DNA of 64,000 nt from an uncultured Chloroflexia bacterium (GTDB taxonomy: Bacteria; Chloroflexota; Anaerolineae; CG2-30-64-16). The stretch spans positions 736,001-800,000 of the forward strand of contig CAWEMM010000006.1 in NCBI GenBank assembly GCA_963810095.1. Direction: 5' to 3'. The notes beneath the pieces were generated by a model that saw only the letters and a list, made by a program, of their open reading frames with translations, was not told the DNA's origin and did not search any database. A program made the translations under genes and the position numbers. This document shows positions 52,919-62,778 of the stretch, in pieces; position 1 is the stretch's first letter, and the number at the start of each line of letters is the position of its first letter.

Positions 52919-53641
52919 CTACCCGCGGCGCACGATTTCATCCACAATCAGGCCATCGGCCAGCACCACCGTGCGTGATGCACGTTCAGCCAATTCGTCG
53001 TCATGGGTGACCATGACGATCGTCTTGCCGGCAGCGGCCAGGCTCTCGAACAGCGTGAAGACCGTCTCCGCCGACTGCGTGTCGAGGTTGCCGGTGGGCT
53101 CGTCTGCCACGACAATTGCCGGGTCGTTTGCCAGCGCCCGTGCGATGGCCGCACGCTGCTGCTGCCCGCCCGAAACCGTTGCCGGGAACTTGTGCCCGTC
53201 TTGGGCCAGCCCCACTTGCTCGAGCAGGTGGAACGCCCGGTCGTAGCGCTCGCTGGGGCGGTACAGCCGGGCCAGGTCCATGGGCAGCATAACGTTCTCG
53301 GCGATGGTCAGGGTTGGCAGCAGCTGGAAGAACTGGAACACGATGCCCATCGTTCGCCCGCGCCACTCGGCCATCTGCCCTTCGTTAAGCTGGCGCACGC
53401 GGCAGCCCGCCACCACGATTTCGCCGTCAGTCGGGTGATCGATCCCGGTGAACATGTTGATCAGGGTCGACTTGCCGCTGCCCGACTTGCCCACCACCGC
53501 AATGAACTCGCCCGGGGCCACTTGCAGATCGATGCCCTTGAGCGCCGGGAAGGGACCCACCGGGGTCTGGTAGACCTTCGTCAGGCCGCGCAGGTCGATC
53601 ATGGGGGTCGACGAATCACGGGCTGGCCCACGGTCGATCAT
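52919..53641 (-). CDS. ABC transporter ATP-binding protein (MacB/LolD-like)
   Basis: [25 protein letters not shown]. Confidence 0.93.
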   Translation of the reverse strand: MIDRGPARDSSTPMIDLRGLTKVYQTPVGPFPALKGIDLQVAPGEFIAVVGKSGSGKSTLINMFTGIDHPTDGEIVVAGCRVRQLNEGQMAEWRGRTMGIVFQFFQLLPTLTIAENVMLPMDLARLYRPSERYDRAFHLLEQVGLAQDGHKFPATVSGGQQQRAAIARALANDPAIVVADEPTGNLDTQSAETVFTLFESLAAAGKTIVMVTHDDELAERASRTVVLADGLIVDEIVRRG

Positions 53642-54405
53642 CGGGCCTCCCCCACGGCGTGCTTGAAACCTTCGACGTCTGCCAGACCTCGCAGGTTTTC
53701 GTCCACGATCTTCCCGTCCGCGATGCGGATTCGCCGGTTTGCCCGGGCCGCCAGGTCGCGGTCATGCGTCACCAGCAACACCGTCTTGCCCTCGTCCACC
53801 AGGCTCGTGAACAACTCGAACATTTCTGCGGTGGTCTTCGAATCGAGATTGCCCGTCGGCTCGTCGGCCACGAGCAGGGCCGGGTCGTTGGCCAGGGCCC
53901 GCGCGATGGCCACGCGCTGGCGCTGGCCACCCGACACGGCCGACGGCAGCTTGTCCGCGTGTTCCACGATGCCCACCCGATCGAGCAGGTGCAGCGCACG
54001 CTCGCGGCGCTGGCGCGGGCCGCCGAACAAACCCGCGAAGTCCATCGGCATCATGACGTTTTGCGCGCATGACAGCATCGGCAGCAGCTGGAAGAACTGG
54101 AATACCACGCCCACCGTCCGCCCGCGCCACGCGGTGACCTGGTCCTCATTCATCGCCTGGACGGCCTTATCGCCCACCCAGATCTCGCCGGCGGTCGGCC
54201 GGTCGATGCCGGTAATCATGTTTACCAGGGTCGATTTGCCCGCGCCGGATTTGCCCACGATCGCCAGGAATTCGCCCGCTCCGACGTTCAGCTCGACGCC
54301 CTTAAGCGCGTAGAAATCGCCGGCCGGAGTCCGGTAGGCCTTCCGCAGATCTTTCACCCGGATCAGCGGCGACGTCAGCGCACCCTTCACAATCGTGTCA
54401 TTCAT
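53638..54405 (-). CDS. ABC transporter ATP-binding protein (MacB/LolD-like)
   Basis: [25 protein letters not shown]. Confidence 0.93.
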   Translation of the reverse strand: MNDTIVKGALTSPLIRVKDLRKAYRTPAGDFYALKGVELNVGAGEFLAIVGKSGAGKSTLVNMITGIDRPTAGEIWVGDKAVQAMNEDQVTAWRGRTVGVVFQFFQLLPMLSCAQNVMMPMDFAGLFGGPRQRRERALHLLDRVGIVEHADKLPSAVSGGQRQRVAIARALANDPALLVADEPTGNLDSKTTAEMFELFTSLVDEGKTVLLVTHDRDLAARANRRIRIADGKIVDENLRGLADVEGFKHAVGEAR

Positions 54406-56795
54406 ATGCCAATACTTCCCGCACCGTCAGGCGCACGGCATTGCGGGCGGGCGCCAGGCTCGCCACTGCTGCAATCGCCAGCAAGACGACGAACCAGACG
54501 AACGCGCCCAGGATCGAGTAGTGGTACTGGAGCGGGATCTTGATCAGGGCCAGGCCCAACTGGGCGCTGAAGAGCGGCGCGAGGCCCAGCGAGATCAGCG
54601 CGCCAATCAGCCAACTGATGACGGCCATCGCGATGCCCTCGGCCAGCACGATCTGCCGCACCGAGGCGTTGGACGCGCCGATCGCCCGCAGCACGCCTAC
54701 CTCACGCACGCGCTCCATCATGTTGATGCTCATGGTCGTCGTCAGGCCCAGCCCGCCGACGGCCGCCAGCAGCAGCGCCATCAGGATCAGAAATGCGACC
54801 ACGATCGTGAACAGCAGGTTATTCTGCGTCTGCGTCACGGCCGCAGTCTGCGTGTCATTCACCTTCAGGCCGCGGCTGTCGAAGTACGAGCGGAGGCGAA
54901 CCGCCATCTCGTGCTGGCTCAGCCGAGACGCCGGGCGCCATGCTCACCTGCACCCGATTGCCCTGGCCCGCAGCGCGGGTCGCATACGCGTAGTCGTCAC
55001 GGGTCACGTAGACCGCGGGCCCGCGCGACTCCGTGCTCACGATCCCGGCAATGTGCCAGGTGGCCTTGCGGTCGTTGATGTCGAGCACCACGTCGCCGCC
55101 GACCCGCAGGTCTTTCTGGTCGTCGGCCAGGTCCGAGTTGATGACGACCGAGTTGGGCGTGCCCGCAGCCGCGGACAACCACTGCCCCGAAATCACCTCG
55201 GGCTCCATCATGCGGGTGTCGGGCGGCACGGCAACCACCCGGAAGGGATTGCTCTTCGTGTCGTCCGCACGAACGCGGGTTGCGCCGCCCATCGACCACA
55301 CTTCCACGGTCCCGACATCGGGCACCTCGCGGGCCGCACTTTCGAGGCGGGTAACGAGGTCGGGGTGTTCCATTTCCACGGAAACGTCGTAGCGGTGGAA
55401 GCGCATGAACGAGTCGAGCGTCGCATTCACCGACGCGCGCACGCTGATCACGGAGATGAACAGGGCCGTGCCGAACACGAGCACGATCAGCGTCTGCACG
55501 AGGCGGCCCTTGTGGCGCAGCGTGTTCCGGGTGGCCAGAAGCACCGGCCGCTGAATCCGCCACACCCGCTGGACACGGTCGAGCACCCGCTCGACGATGC
55601 TGCGCCCGTACGCCTCGCCGCCGATGCCGACGTCGTTCAATGCCTGGTGCGTGGTAATGCGGGTGCCGCGCAGCACGGGTGCCAGGCCCGCCACCAGCGG
55701 CAGCAGCAGCCCGATCGCGGCCTGTGCGGCCAGCAGCGGCAGGGGGATCGCGTAGTTCAGGACGCGCACGTTAAGTAACGGCTCGACCAACTGGCTCATC
55801 AACAGGCGGGCGGTCAACGCCGCGAGCGGCAGCGAGATCACGACCGCCAGGAGACCGTAAATCAGCACGGTCGCGAGGTAGAGCACCATGATCTGGCCCC
55901 GCCGCGCGCCGATCAGCTTCATCACGCCGATCTGGGGCACCTGCTGCGTGATCAGGGCCGACATGGCGTTGACGACGAGAAAACTCGACAGCAGCAGAAT
56001 GACCAGGCCAAACGCAGTGAGGATCAGCACGACGCTGCCGATAAAGGGGTCGGCCCGGCTCTCGGTGATCACTTCGCGGCTGTAGACCTCTCGCCCAGAA
56101 TCCTTGAGCTGCGCCTCCACCTGGTCGAGCGCCGCGCCGATGTGCGCCTTGTCGTGGCTGGGCTCCGTGGCCCGGATAAGCATCTCCGTGTGTGTCGCCG
56201 GGTAGCCGAGGCCCTGGAGGGTTTCCGGCGTGACGTACAGCGTCGCCGCGCCGGCGAGGGTGGGGCTGAAGCGCTGGCCGTCATGCACGGCGCCGACGAG
56301 GCGGAGCGTGCGGGTGGCGTCGTTGTTCAGCTCGACCGTGAGCTCGTCGCCGAGCCTCGCTTGCAGGCTGGCGAACGACGCGCCCTCGACCAGGGTCTCA
56401 CGGCGCTGCGGCGGGTATGCGCCGCTCAGTGGGACAAATGCGTCGACGGTCAGCTTCTCAAAATCGGGGATCGCGACGATTTCGACTTCTTGCGGGGTCC
56501 CGTCTGGGCGCAGAACGCGCCCGGAAACCGTGGAGCGGGCCTCGGCGCCCGCAACCAGGGGCAGCCGCGCGATGCTGTCCGCCAGGTCCTTTTCAAACGG
56601 GGCGGTGTGGACGACGGCAGACGCCATGAGCGCGCCGACCTGGTCCTGGCGGTACTCGCGCACCAGGATCTCTCGGGTGTTCAGCACCACGCCCACCGCG
56701 TACACGCCCACTGCAATCGCCAGCGCTACAACCAGCGTCCGCCCACGGTGTTCCCAAAGATCAAGCAGGACTTTCGTCCATGGTGTCGTCAGCAC
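54398..56795 (-). CDS. FtsX/MacB-type ABC permease with two repeats (frameshift near 54920)
   Basis: [10 protein letters not shown] and [10 protein letters not shown] motifs; terminal EVLAYE. Confidence 0.88.
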
Positions 56796-57067
56796 GATAC
56801 GAAGCTAGCCGGTAACATGAAACGCGAAATAAGCGACGCCAAGGCGCCGCACGATGTACTATAGGCCCGAGAGTGTCATGCGCGGAAGTGACACCTGTCA
56901 TGCCTGTGTCAGGCGGGGGTGCTGGCACCGCAAGATGCGCGGCCGGCAATTGGATACCCGTGCGGCCACTCGAGCGCAGTTTTGCGGCGAGCAGCCCGGG
57001 GCGGGACAGGCCCGGTGCCGCCCCGGGCGTTTACGCCGCCACATGCCCGCCGTGCTATACTCCCCCC

Positions 57068-58375
57068 ATGCAGACCACCGCGCCCGAGCCCGGCTTCGTC
57101 CCGGCTTACCGGTTCTTTGTCGTGATCCGCATCCTGTTCTGGATGGCGGTGGGCCCGGTGCTGCTCCTGCTCCAGCTTGCCGGCGACCCGACGCTGACGG
57201 CCGACCCGGTCCAGGGCGAACGGCTGATCCGGGCGCTCTCGCTGCCGAACGTATTGCCGCTCGTCGCCCTCGACTTCATCCTGCTCGCCCTCCTGATTTG
57301 GCCAAAGGCGCAGGAACTGGGGCGCTGGTTCGTCCCGCTCACGCTGGCACTCGGCCTCATCCCCCTGCTCGTCGGCTACTACCTCTGGCCGGCTATCAAC
57401 CCGCTGCAGTCGCCGTTCGTGATGTTCTTCTTCGTCACCGCCGTGCTGGTGGCGTGGGAGTACAAATACCGCTACCTGTACGTGTACGTATTTGCCATCA
57501 CGCTGTACCAGACCCTCGTTTCGCCGTGGTACGGCAATGTGCCGTGGACGGTGCCGGGGGGCTTCCTCGTGCTGCAAGCGGTGATGATGCTGCTCGTCGG
57601 GTCAGTCGTCGCCACGATGGTCACGGTGCAGGCCGCCCAGCGGGCCGAGCTCGCCGACGCGTACTGGCGCCAGGCCGCCGACAACGAACGGCTGCAGCAG
57701 TACGCGGCAACCCTTGAAGAGCTGTCGATCACCCGTGAGCGCAACCGCCTCTCCCGCGAACTGCACGACACGCTGGCCCATTCTCTGAGCGCCGTGACCG
57801 TCCAAATCGAAGCAGTGCGCTCGCTGTGGGATAAGCAGCCGCAAAAAGCGCACGACATGCTGGAGAAGGCGGATGCGACCGCCCGTACCGGCCTGGCCGA
57901 AGCCCGCCGCGCGCTCCAGGCGCTGCGCGCGTCGCCGCTGGAAGACCTCGGCCTCGCCTTGGCGCTCCAGGAGCTCGCCCAGAGCGCGGCCGACCGCAGC
58001 GGGGCCCGCCTCGAGCTGCGCGTGCCCGACGCCTTGCAAGGCTGCTATCCGAACAGCGTCGAACAGAGCGTCTACCGTATCGCTCAGGAAACCCTCGAAA
58101 ACGCGGTGCGCCACGCGGCCGCGTCGACGATCGGGGTGGAACTGCGCGAGGCGGAGAACGAACTAACCCTTTGCGTGCAGGATGACGGCGAGGGGATGGA
58201 CGCCGGCTCGCTGGACGAGGCGTCGGAGGGTGGGCTGGGCATACGCGGGATGCAGGAGCGGGCGGCCCTCATTGGCGGCAGGCTGGAGATCGACAGCGCG
58301 GCGGGTTCGGGCACGCGGGTCACCCTGGCCGTGCCGGTAGAAAGAACAACGGATGATCCGTGTCTTGATTTGTGA
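57068..58375 (+). CDS. Membrane sensor histidine kinase (HisKA_3, NarX/DesK-like)
   Basis: TM helices; ERNRLSRELHDTLAH; QETLENAVRHA; DDGEG; GLGIRGMQER. Confidence 0.92.
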   Translation: MQTTAPEPGFVPAYRFFVVIRILFWMAVGPVLLLLQLAGDPTLTADPVQGERLIRALSLPNVLPLVALDFILLALLIWPKAQELGRWFVPLTLALGLIPLLVGYYLWPAINPLQSPFVMFFFVTAVLVAWEYKYRYLYVYVFAITLYQTLVSPWYGNVPWTVPGGFLVLQAVMMLLVGSVVATMVTVQAAQRAELADAYWRQAADNERLQQYAATLEELSITRERNRLSRELHDTLAHSLSAVTVQIEAVRSLWDKQPQKAHDMLEKADATARTGLAEARRALQALRASPLEDLGLALALQELAQSAADRSGARLELRVPDALQGCYPNSVEQSVYRIAQETLENAVRHAAASTIGVELREAENELTLCVQDDGEGMDAGSLDEASEGGLGIRGMQERAALIGGRLEIDSAAGSGTRVTLAVPVERTTDDPCLDL

Positions 58376-59009
58376 CGATCAGACCGTCGTACGCGACGGC
58401 CTGGAAGCGATCCTGAGCACCGACGACGAGATCGAAGTCGTCGGGGTGGCGCGGCACGGCCAGGAAGCGCTCGACCTCGCGGCCCAGCGGCAGCCCGACG
58501 TGGTGCTGATGGACCTCAAGATGCCCGTGCTGAACGGGGTGCAGGCAACCGAGCGACTGCGCAAAAATTGGCCGGGGGTCCGGGTGCTTGTGCTGACCAC
58601 CTACGCGGATGATGCTTGGGTGCTCGACGCCGTGCGAGCGGGGGCCTCGGGCTACCTGCTGAAGGACACCCGCCGAGAGGATTTGCTGGTTGCCATCAAA
58701 GGGACGGCGGCAGGCAAGACGTACCTCGACCCGTCCGTGGCCGGGAAGGTCGTGCGCCAGGTGGCTGCGCCGCCCGAGCCGCCAGGGCAGCTGGGCGAGC
58801 CGCTGACGGAGCGGGAGCTTAGCATCTTAGGGCTGATCTGCCGGGGCTACAGCAACCCTGAGATCGCCCAACAGCTCCACCTGGCCGCCGGCACTGTCCG
58901 CAACTACGTGAGCAGCATCCTGCAGAAGCTGGAGGTCGAAGATCGGACGCAGGCCGCCGCCGTCGCCTACCAGCGCGGCCTCATCGACCCTCCTGGAAAA
59001 CGACCCTAA
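58353..59009 (+). CDS. NarL/LuxR-family response regulator
   Basis: CDDQ, LMDLKMP, GYLLK and LTERE...TVRNYVSSILQKL. Confidence 0.95.
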   Translation: MIRVLICDDQTVVRDGLEAILSTDDEIEVVGVARHGQEALDLAAQRQPDVVLMDLKMPVLNGVQATERLRKNWPGVRVLVLTTYADDAWVLDAVRAGASGYLLKDTRREDLLVAIKGTAAGKTYLDPSVAGKVVRQVAAPPEPPGQLGEPLTERELSILGLICRGYSNPEIAQQLHLAAGTVRNYVSSILQKLEVEDRTQAAAVAYQRGLIDPPGKRP

Positions 59010-59082
59010 CCCCAAACCCACCGGGGCGCGCAGGCCGGCAGAGCGTCATCAGCGGAGCGTCGTGTCAAGGTGGCGCTATACT

Positions 59083-59104
59083 TGCGAGCTAAAGCTCGCA
59101 CTAC
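59083..59104 (-). repeat. GTAG-type REP-like palindrome
   Basis: Minus strand reads GTAG-TGCGAGCT-TT-AGCTCGCA. Confidence 0.55.
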
Positions 59105-59167
59105 ATGCACATCCGCCGGTTGGGATTAGACCTTCACCCCGCGCGGCTGGACAACGAGGGATGAAAC

Positions 59168-59257
59168 AGGACACTGATTGAACGGATTTGACTGATTATC
59201 ACGATCTTGTTAGCGAAAGACAATGCGGATCAGTTCAATCAGTTAAGTCAGCGTCCT
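59168..59257. repeat. Palindromic repeat family B, copy 3
   Basis: AGGACACTGATTGAACGGATTTGACTGATT...ATCAGTTCAATCAGTTAAGTCAGCGTCCT. Confidence 0.8.
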
Positions 59258-59270
59258 ATTTCAGATCAGG

Positions 59271-61071
59271 TTAGGGCAGCACCCCTTCCCGATACACCTG
59301 CAGCGCCTGGCGCAGGAAGCCTTCATCCAGCGTGCCCATGGGCGTCGGGGTCTCGAGGATGCGGCGAGGGATGCGGACACCCGCGAGGTCAAAACCGCAC
59401 GCGCGCTTGAAGTCGTGCTTCAGCCGCAAGGTTTCCTGGCCGATGCGCGCCAGGTCCTCGGCCGACGCTTCCACGCCCGACACCTCGAGCGCGGCGCTGG
59501 ACCAGCTCGGGGGTGTACAGGTTGCGGGCGAACAGGCAGATGACCAGGCTGTTCAGCACCTGGCGCCAGCGCTCCTCAGTCACCAGCTCCCGGCCAATAT
59601 TGTCGGGCGTCAGGCTGCCGTTTGCGCCCGCCACTCGGGCGGAGGCCGCCTTCTGGTCGAGCGCATAGCCCGCGTTGTCGAGGTGGCTGTGGCGCGCGCC
59701 GGCCAGGTAGCCAACGTAGCAGGCGGGGCCGGTGTGGTAGCCTGCCATCTCGTTGCCGCCCATCGCCAGCGCATAGTCGGCGCCCCCGTAGTGCTGGCTC
59801 GCATACTCCGCGCCCCTCGCGAGGGCCGCATAGAAGTCGTTCGGCTGGCTGACGATCCGCTCCGCCGCCTTCACAAATGTCGTGTAGTCGCCCCAACCCA
59901 GCGCCAGGCCGTCCGTCTCCCGCGTGCTGATCGCGCCCCGCTCCAGCGCTTCGGTCGCCCAGGCCAGCGAGCAGCCCATGCTCATCACGTCCAGGCCGAG
60001 CGCGTCGGCCGTGTCGAGCAGGCGGAACATCTCGCGGGTGTCGTGGCTGCCATCCTTGCCCCCCAGCATCGACCCCACTGCAAAGACCGGCTCGTGGTCG
60101 TAGGCGATCATGTTGGTTTTGTAGAAGTACGGCTCGTCTGGGTAGGGGAAGCGCACCGCGGCCAGGTGGATGCAGGCCACCGGGCAGTGCGTGCAGGCAA
60201 GGCGGCGGCCCAGGTACTCTTCTGCCAGCCGCTCGGCCGAGATGGCGGCCGCGGCCTCGTAATGACCGGACTGGAGGTTGCGGGTGGGCAGCCCGCCCAT
60301 CGCATCCAGCGGCAAGACGTTGACCGCCGTGCCGAGTTCGTGGTACTTCTTGAACAGGGCGCTCTCCGTGGTCGCCTTGTAGATCTCGTCGTAGGTCTTG
60401 CGATACAGCCGCGGGTCCGATACGGGCAGCGAGCGGACGCCCGAAACCACGATGCCCTTAAGCCGCTTACTGCCGAAAACTGCCCCCAGCCCCAGCCGGC
60501 CAAAGTGCCGGTAAGTCTCGGTGATCACCGAAGCGTAGCTGACACACTTCTCGCCAGCGGGTCCGATGCGCATGATGGTACGCATCCCCGCGCCCGCCTC
60601 GCGCTCGCGTATAATCGATCCCGCAGCGTACGCGCTGTGCATGCCCCACAGGGCCCGGGCATCCCTGAAATGCACCTTGTCGCCTTCGATGACGAGGTAG
60701 ACGGGCGACGAGCTGGCGCCGCGGACCACGATGGCGCCGTAACCGGCCATGCGAATCGCCACCGCGCTGCGGCCGCCCGCGTGGCTTTCCCCGAGGTTTC
60801 CCGTGTGCGGCGACTTGAACATCGCGATGGTTTTGCTCGCCATGGGGAACAAGCCCGACAGCGGACCCACGGCCAGGATAATCGGGTTCTCGGGCCCTAG
60901 GGGGTCTGCCCCGTCTGGGCACTCTTCTTGCAGCAGCCGGCTAGCTACCCCCACCCCGCCCAGGGCGCCGCCTGCGGCCGGGTCAAACAGGTCGGGCCGG
61001 CGCACAACGCTGGCGCGGCGCTTAGTCAGGTCGATGATCAAGACCCGGTCGAGCGAATCACTGGCCAACAT
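59271..61071 (-). CDS. Aldehyde:ferredoxin oxidoreductase family (W/Mo) enzyme (frameshift near 59492)
   Basis: FKSPHTG, ESHAGG, IGPAGE, GRLGLGAVFGSKRLK, CTHCPVAC, GLDVMS and SLVICLF. Confidence 0.88.
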
Positions 61072-61495
61072 AAACCACCTCTTCCTTCTGCGGTGCCAGT
61101 TCCTTCAATTCCAGCACCCCGTAGGGGCAGTAGTCGACGCAGTAGCCGCAGCCGGTGCAAATCGCCGGCTTCTCGTGGCTGCTGTCCCAGATCGGTGCCC
61201 CAAACGGGCACGCGCCCACGCAGTTGTGGCAGCCGATGCACAGCTCCGTGTGCAGCCGGACCCCGCCTTCGGGACGCACTTCCAGCGCGTCCACGGGACA
61301 CACCCGGGCGCACGACGGATCTGCGCACGCCCGGCACGCAATGACGACGAAGCCCTTGCGGATGCCGCCCGCGGAGCGGACCCAAATCCCGGTGCCCAGC
61401 ACGCCACCCACGCCCGGCCGCCGCGCGCAGGCGAACATGCACAGCTGGCACCCCACACACCGGTCCGCATCGTTAACATACAAACGTTTGGGCAT
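61058..61495 (-). CDS. 4Fe-4S dicluster electron-transfer subunit of the AOR
   Basis: CVGCQLC, CRAC..PSC..VCP, CIGCHNC..ACP, CTGCGYC..YCP. Confidence 0.92.
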   Translation of the reverse strand: MPKRLYVNDADRCVGCQLCMFACARRPGVGGVLGTGIWVRSAGGIRKGFVVIACRACADPSCARVCPVDALEVRPEGGVRLHTELCIGCHNCVGACPFGAPIWDSSHEKPAICTGCGYCVDYCPYGVLELKELAPQKEEVVYVGQ

Positions 61496-61541
61496 TTTCG
61501 AACCCCTTCCCGCGCACCTGGCTATCCTTCGTTTGCATATT

Positions 61542-61599
61542 AAGTGAAATCCTTCACGTAGTCTATGATGCAGATCAGACTTCGTGTCTTTTTACACGA
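61542..61599 (-). promoter_or_regulatory. Two Rex-like operators upstream of the AOR operon
   Basis: AAGTG-AAATCCTT-CACGT (61542-61559) and TCGTG-TCTTTTTA-CACGA (61582-61599). Confidence 0.55.
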
Positions 61600-61608
61600 T
61601 TGGAAGCT

Positions 61609-61648
61609 AAAGAAAGAGCCTGGCAGACTGCTCCGCCAGGCTCTTTTC
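61609..61648 (-). terminator. Intrinsic terminator after the CBS gene
   Basis: AAAGAGCCTGGC / GCCAGGCTCTTT with A/T flanks. Confidence 0.7.
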
Positions 61649-61663
61649 CGGTGACAGCGGGCG

Positions 61664-62062
61664 CTAGAGCGCGGCCCAGCCCATCTCTTCGATGGCGGCG
61701 AAGATGTCGTTCGCCGAAATCATGCCCACGATCATGCCCCGCTCGTCTGACACGGGCAAGTGATGCACGCCCTTCTCTTTCATGAGGAGCGAGCAATCCT
61801 TGAGCGACATGTCGGGCTGGGCGCAGATGACCGGCGCGGTCATGATCTCGCTGACCAGCGTGGTTTTCGGGTCGCGTTCCACGCCCGCGATCTTGTCTCG
61901 AATGTCGGTTGCGGTCACGATGCCGAAGTCGCTGCCGGAAAGAGCGACCATGAGGCTGTGGATGTTGCGGCGGCGCATCAACGTGAGCGCCTGCGCGACG
62001 GTCGAATCGGCGTCGATGAAGATCACCGGACTGCTCATCCATTCGCGTACGATCTGGCCCAT
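61664..62062 (-). CDS. CBS-domain-pair protein
   Basis: VREWMS, GIVTATDI, VSEIMT and HHLPV..GMIS..DI. Confidence 0.9.
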   Translation of the reverse strand: MGQIVREWMSSPVIFIDADSTVAQALTLMRRRNIHSLMVALSGSDFGIVTATDIRDKIAGVERDPKTTLVSEIMTAPVICAQPDMSLKDCSLLMKEKGVHHLPVSDERGMIVGMISANDIFAAIEEMGWAAL

Positions 62063-62206
62063 CTCATCCTCCGCTAAACCGCATTGTGAAACTAGTCATT
62101 AGCCCTGAGACTATCATATTCGCCCACGAAAAGCAACGCCCACCCCTCTAATCGGACCAAGGGCGGCGGCACTTCTTCATTGCGCCCCAACTCCCCTGGC
62201 CCCGCG

Positions 62207-62608
62207 CTAACGGAACACGGGCTCCCGCACCTCGGCCGGCCAGATGCGGACAAGATAATGCGGGTAACCCGGCGGCTCCAGCGCGTAACACGGATGCCGC
62301 CAGGCCTCGGCAAACAGCGCGATGTGCTTGTCGTCGCCGGGCTGGCTGATGAGCGTGTCCGCCCGGGTCAAGTTTGTCGTGACCAGGACGATCTCACCAT
62401 CGCTCAGGCGGAAGCGACTCATCACGTGACCCTCCTCCGTCAGCGCGCGGAACTCGTTCTTGCGCCGCTCGCGCGCCGGCAGATCGCCCCAATCGCCGCT
62501 GACATGCCGGCCAAGCAGGGACTGGGGCGTGACCTCGTTGAACTCCATCGCACGCAACGCATCCGCAGTAGCAAGGACGTCGCCCGGGTGGAATAGAATC
62601 TTTGGCAT
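62207..62608 (-). CDS. Hypothetical protein with an 'RH..GDWGDL' motif
   Basis: LLGRHVSGDWGDL...NE.RAL..G.VMSRF, a pattern I associate with small plasmid/ICE-type proteins. Confidence 0.6.
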   Translation of the reverse strand: MPKILFHPGDVLATADALRAMEFNEVTPQSLLGRHVSGDWGDLPARERRKNEFRALTEEGHVMSRFRLSDGEIVLVTTNLTRADTLISQPGDDKHIALFAEAWRHPCYALEPPGYPHYLVRIWPAEVREPVFR

Positions 62609-62702
62609 CGACTCCCTTTTCCCGTGTGCGCACCTGCGCACTGATTAAAATATGCGCCGTCAAGGGGCGCAAAGAACTTTATTATACAGGAGGTTGTCAA
62701 GA

Positions 62703-62754
62703 GTAGGGGCGGGGCATTGAACGCGGATGGTCCACGTCCAACGCCTCGCCCCTA
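62703..62754. repeat. GTAGGGGCG-type REP-like palindrome downstream of pheT
   Basis: GTAGGGGCGGGGC...GCCTCGCCCCTA. Confidence 0.6.
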
Positions 62755-62778
62755 AAAACCGGCCTTGCGCCGCGGTAG

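Noticed and set aside
51545-59009. Exporter plus two-component system as the export and sensing machinery for the DSGA peptide
   Set aside because: It is a common MacAB-like/NarL module separated from the peptide gene by four unrelated genes, and the peptide has a Sec signal. There is no sequence evidence of a link, though it cannot be excluded.
4243-61071. Split genes (mfd, clpB, fadD, PBP, AOR and others) as pseudogenes or programmed frameshifts
   Set aside because: Each break is a single-base indel with no other decay and no slippery heptamer, including in core genes. Sequencing error is more parsimonious.
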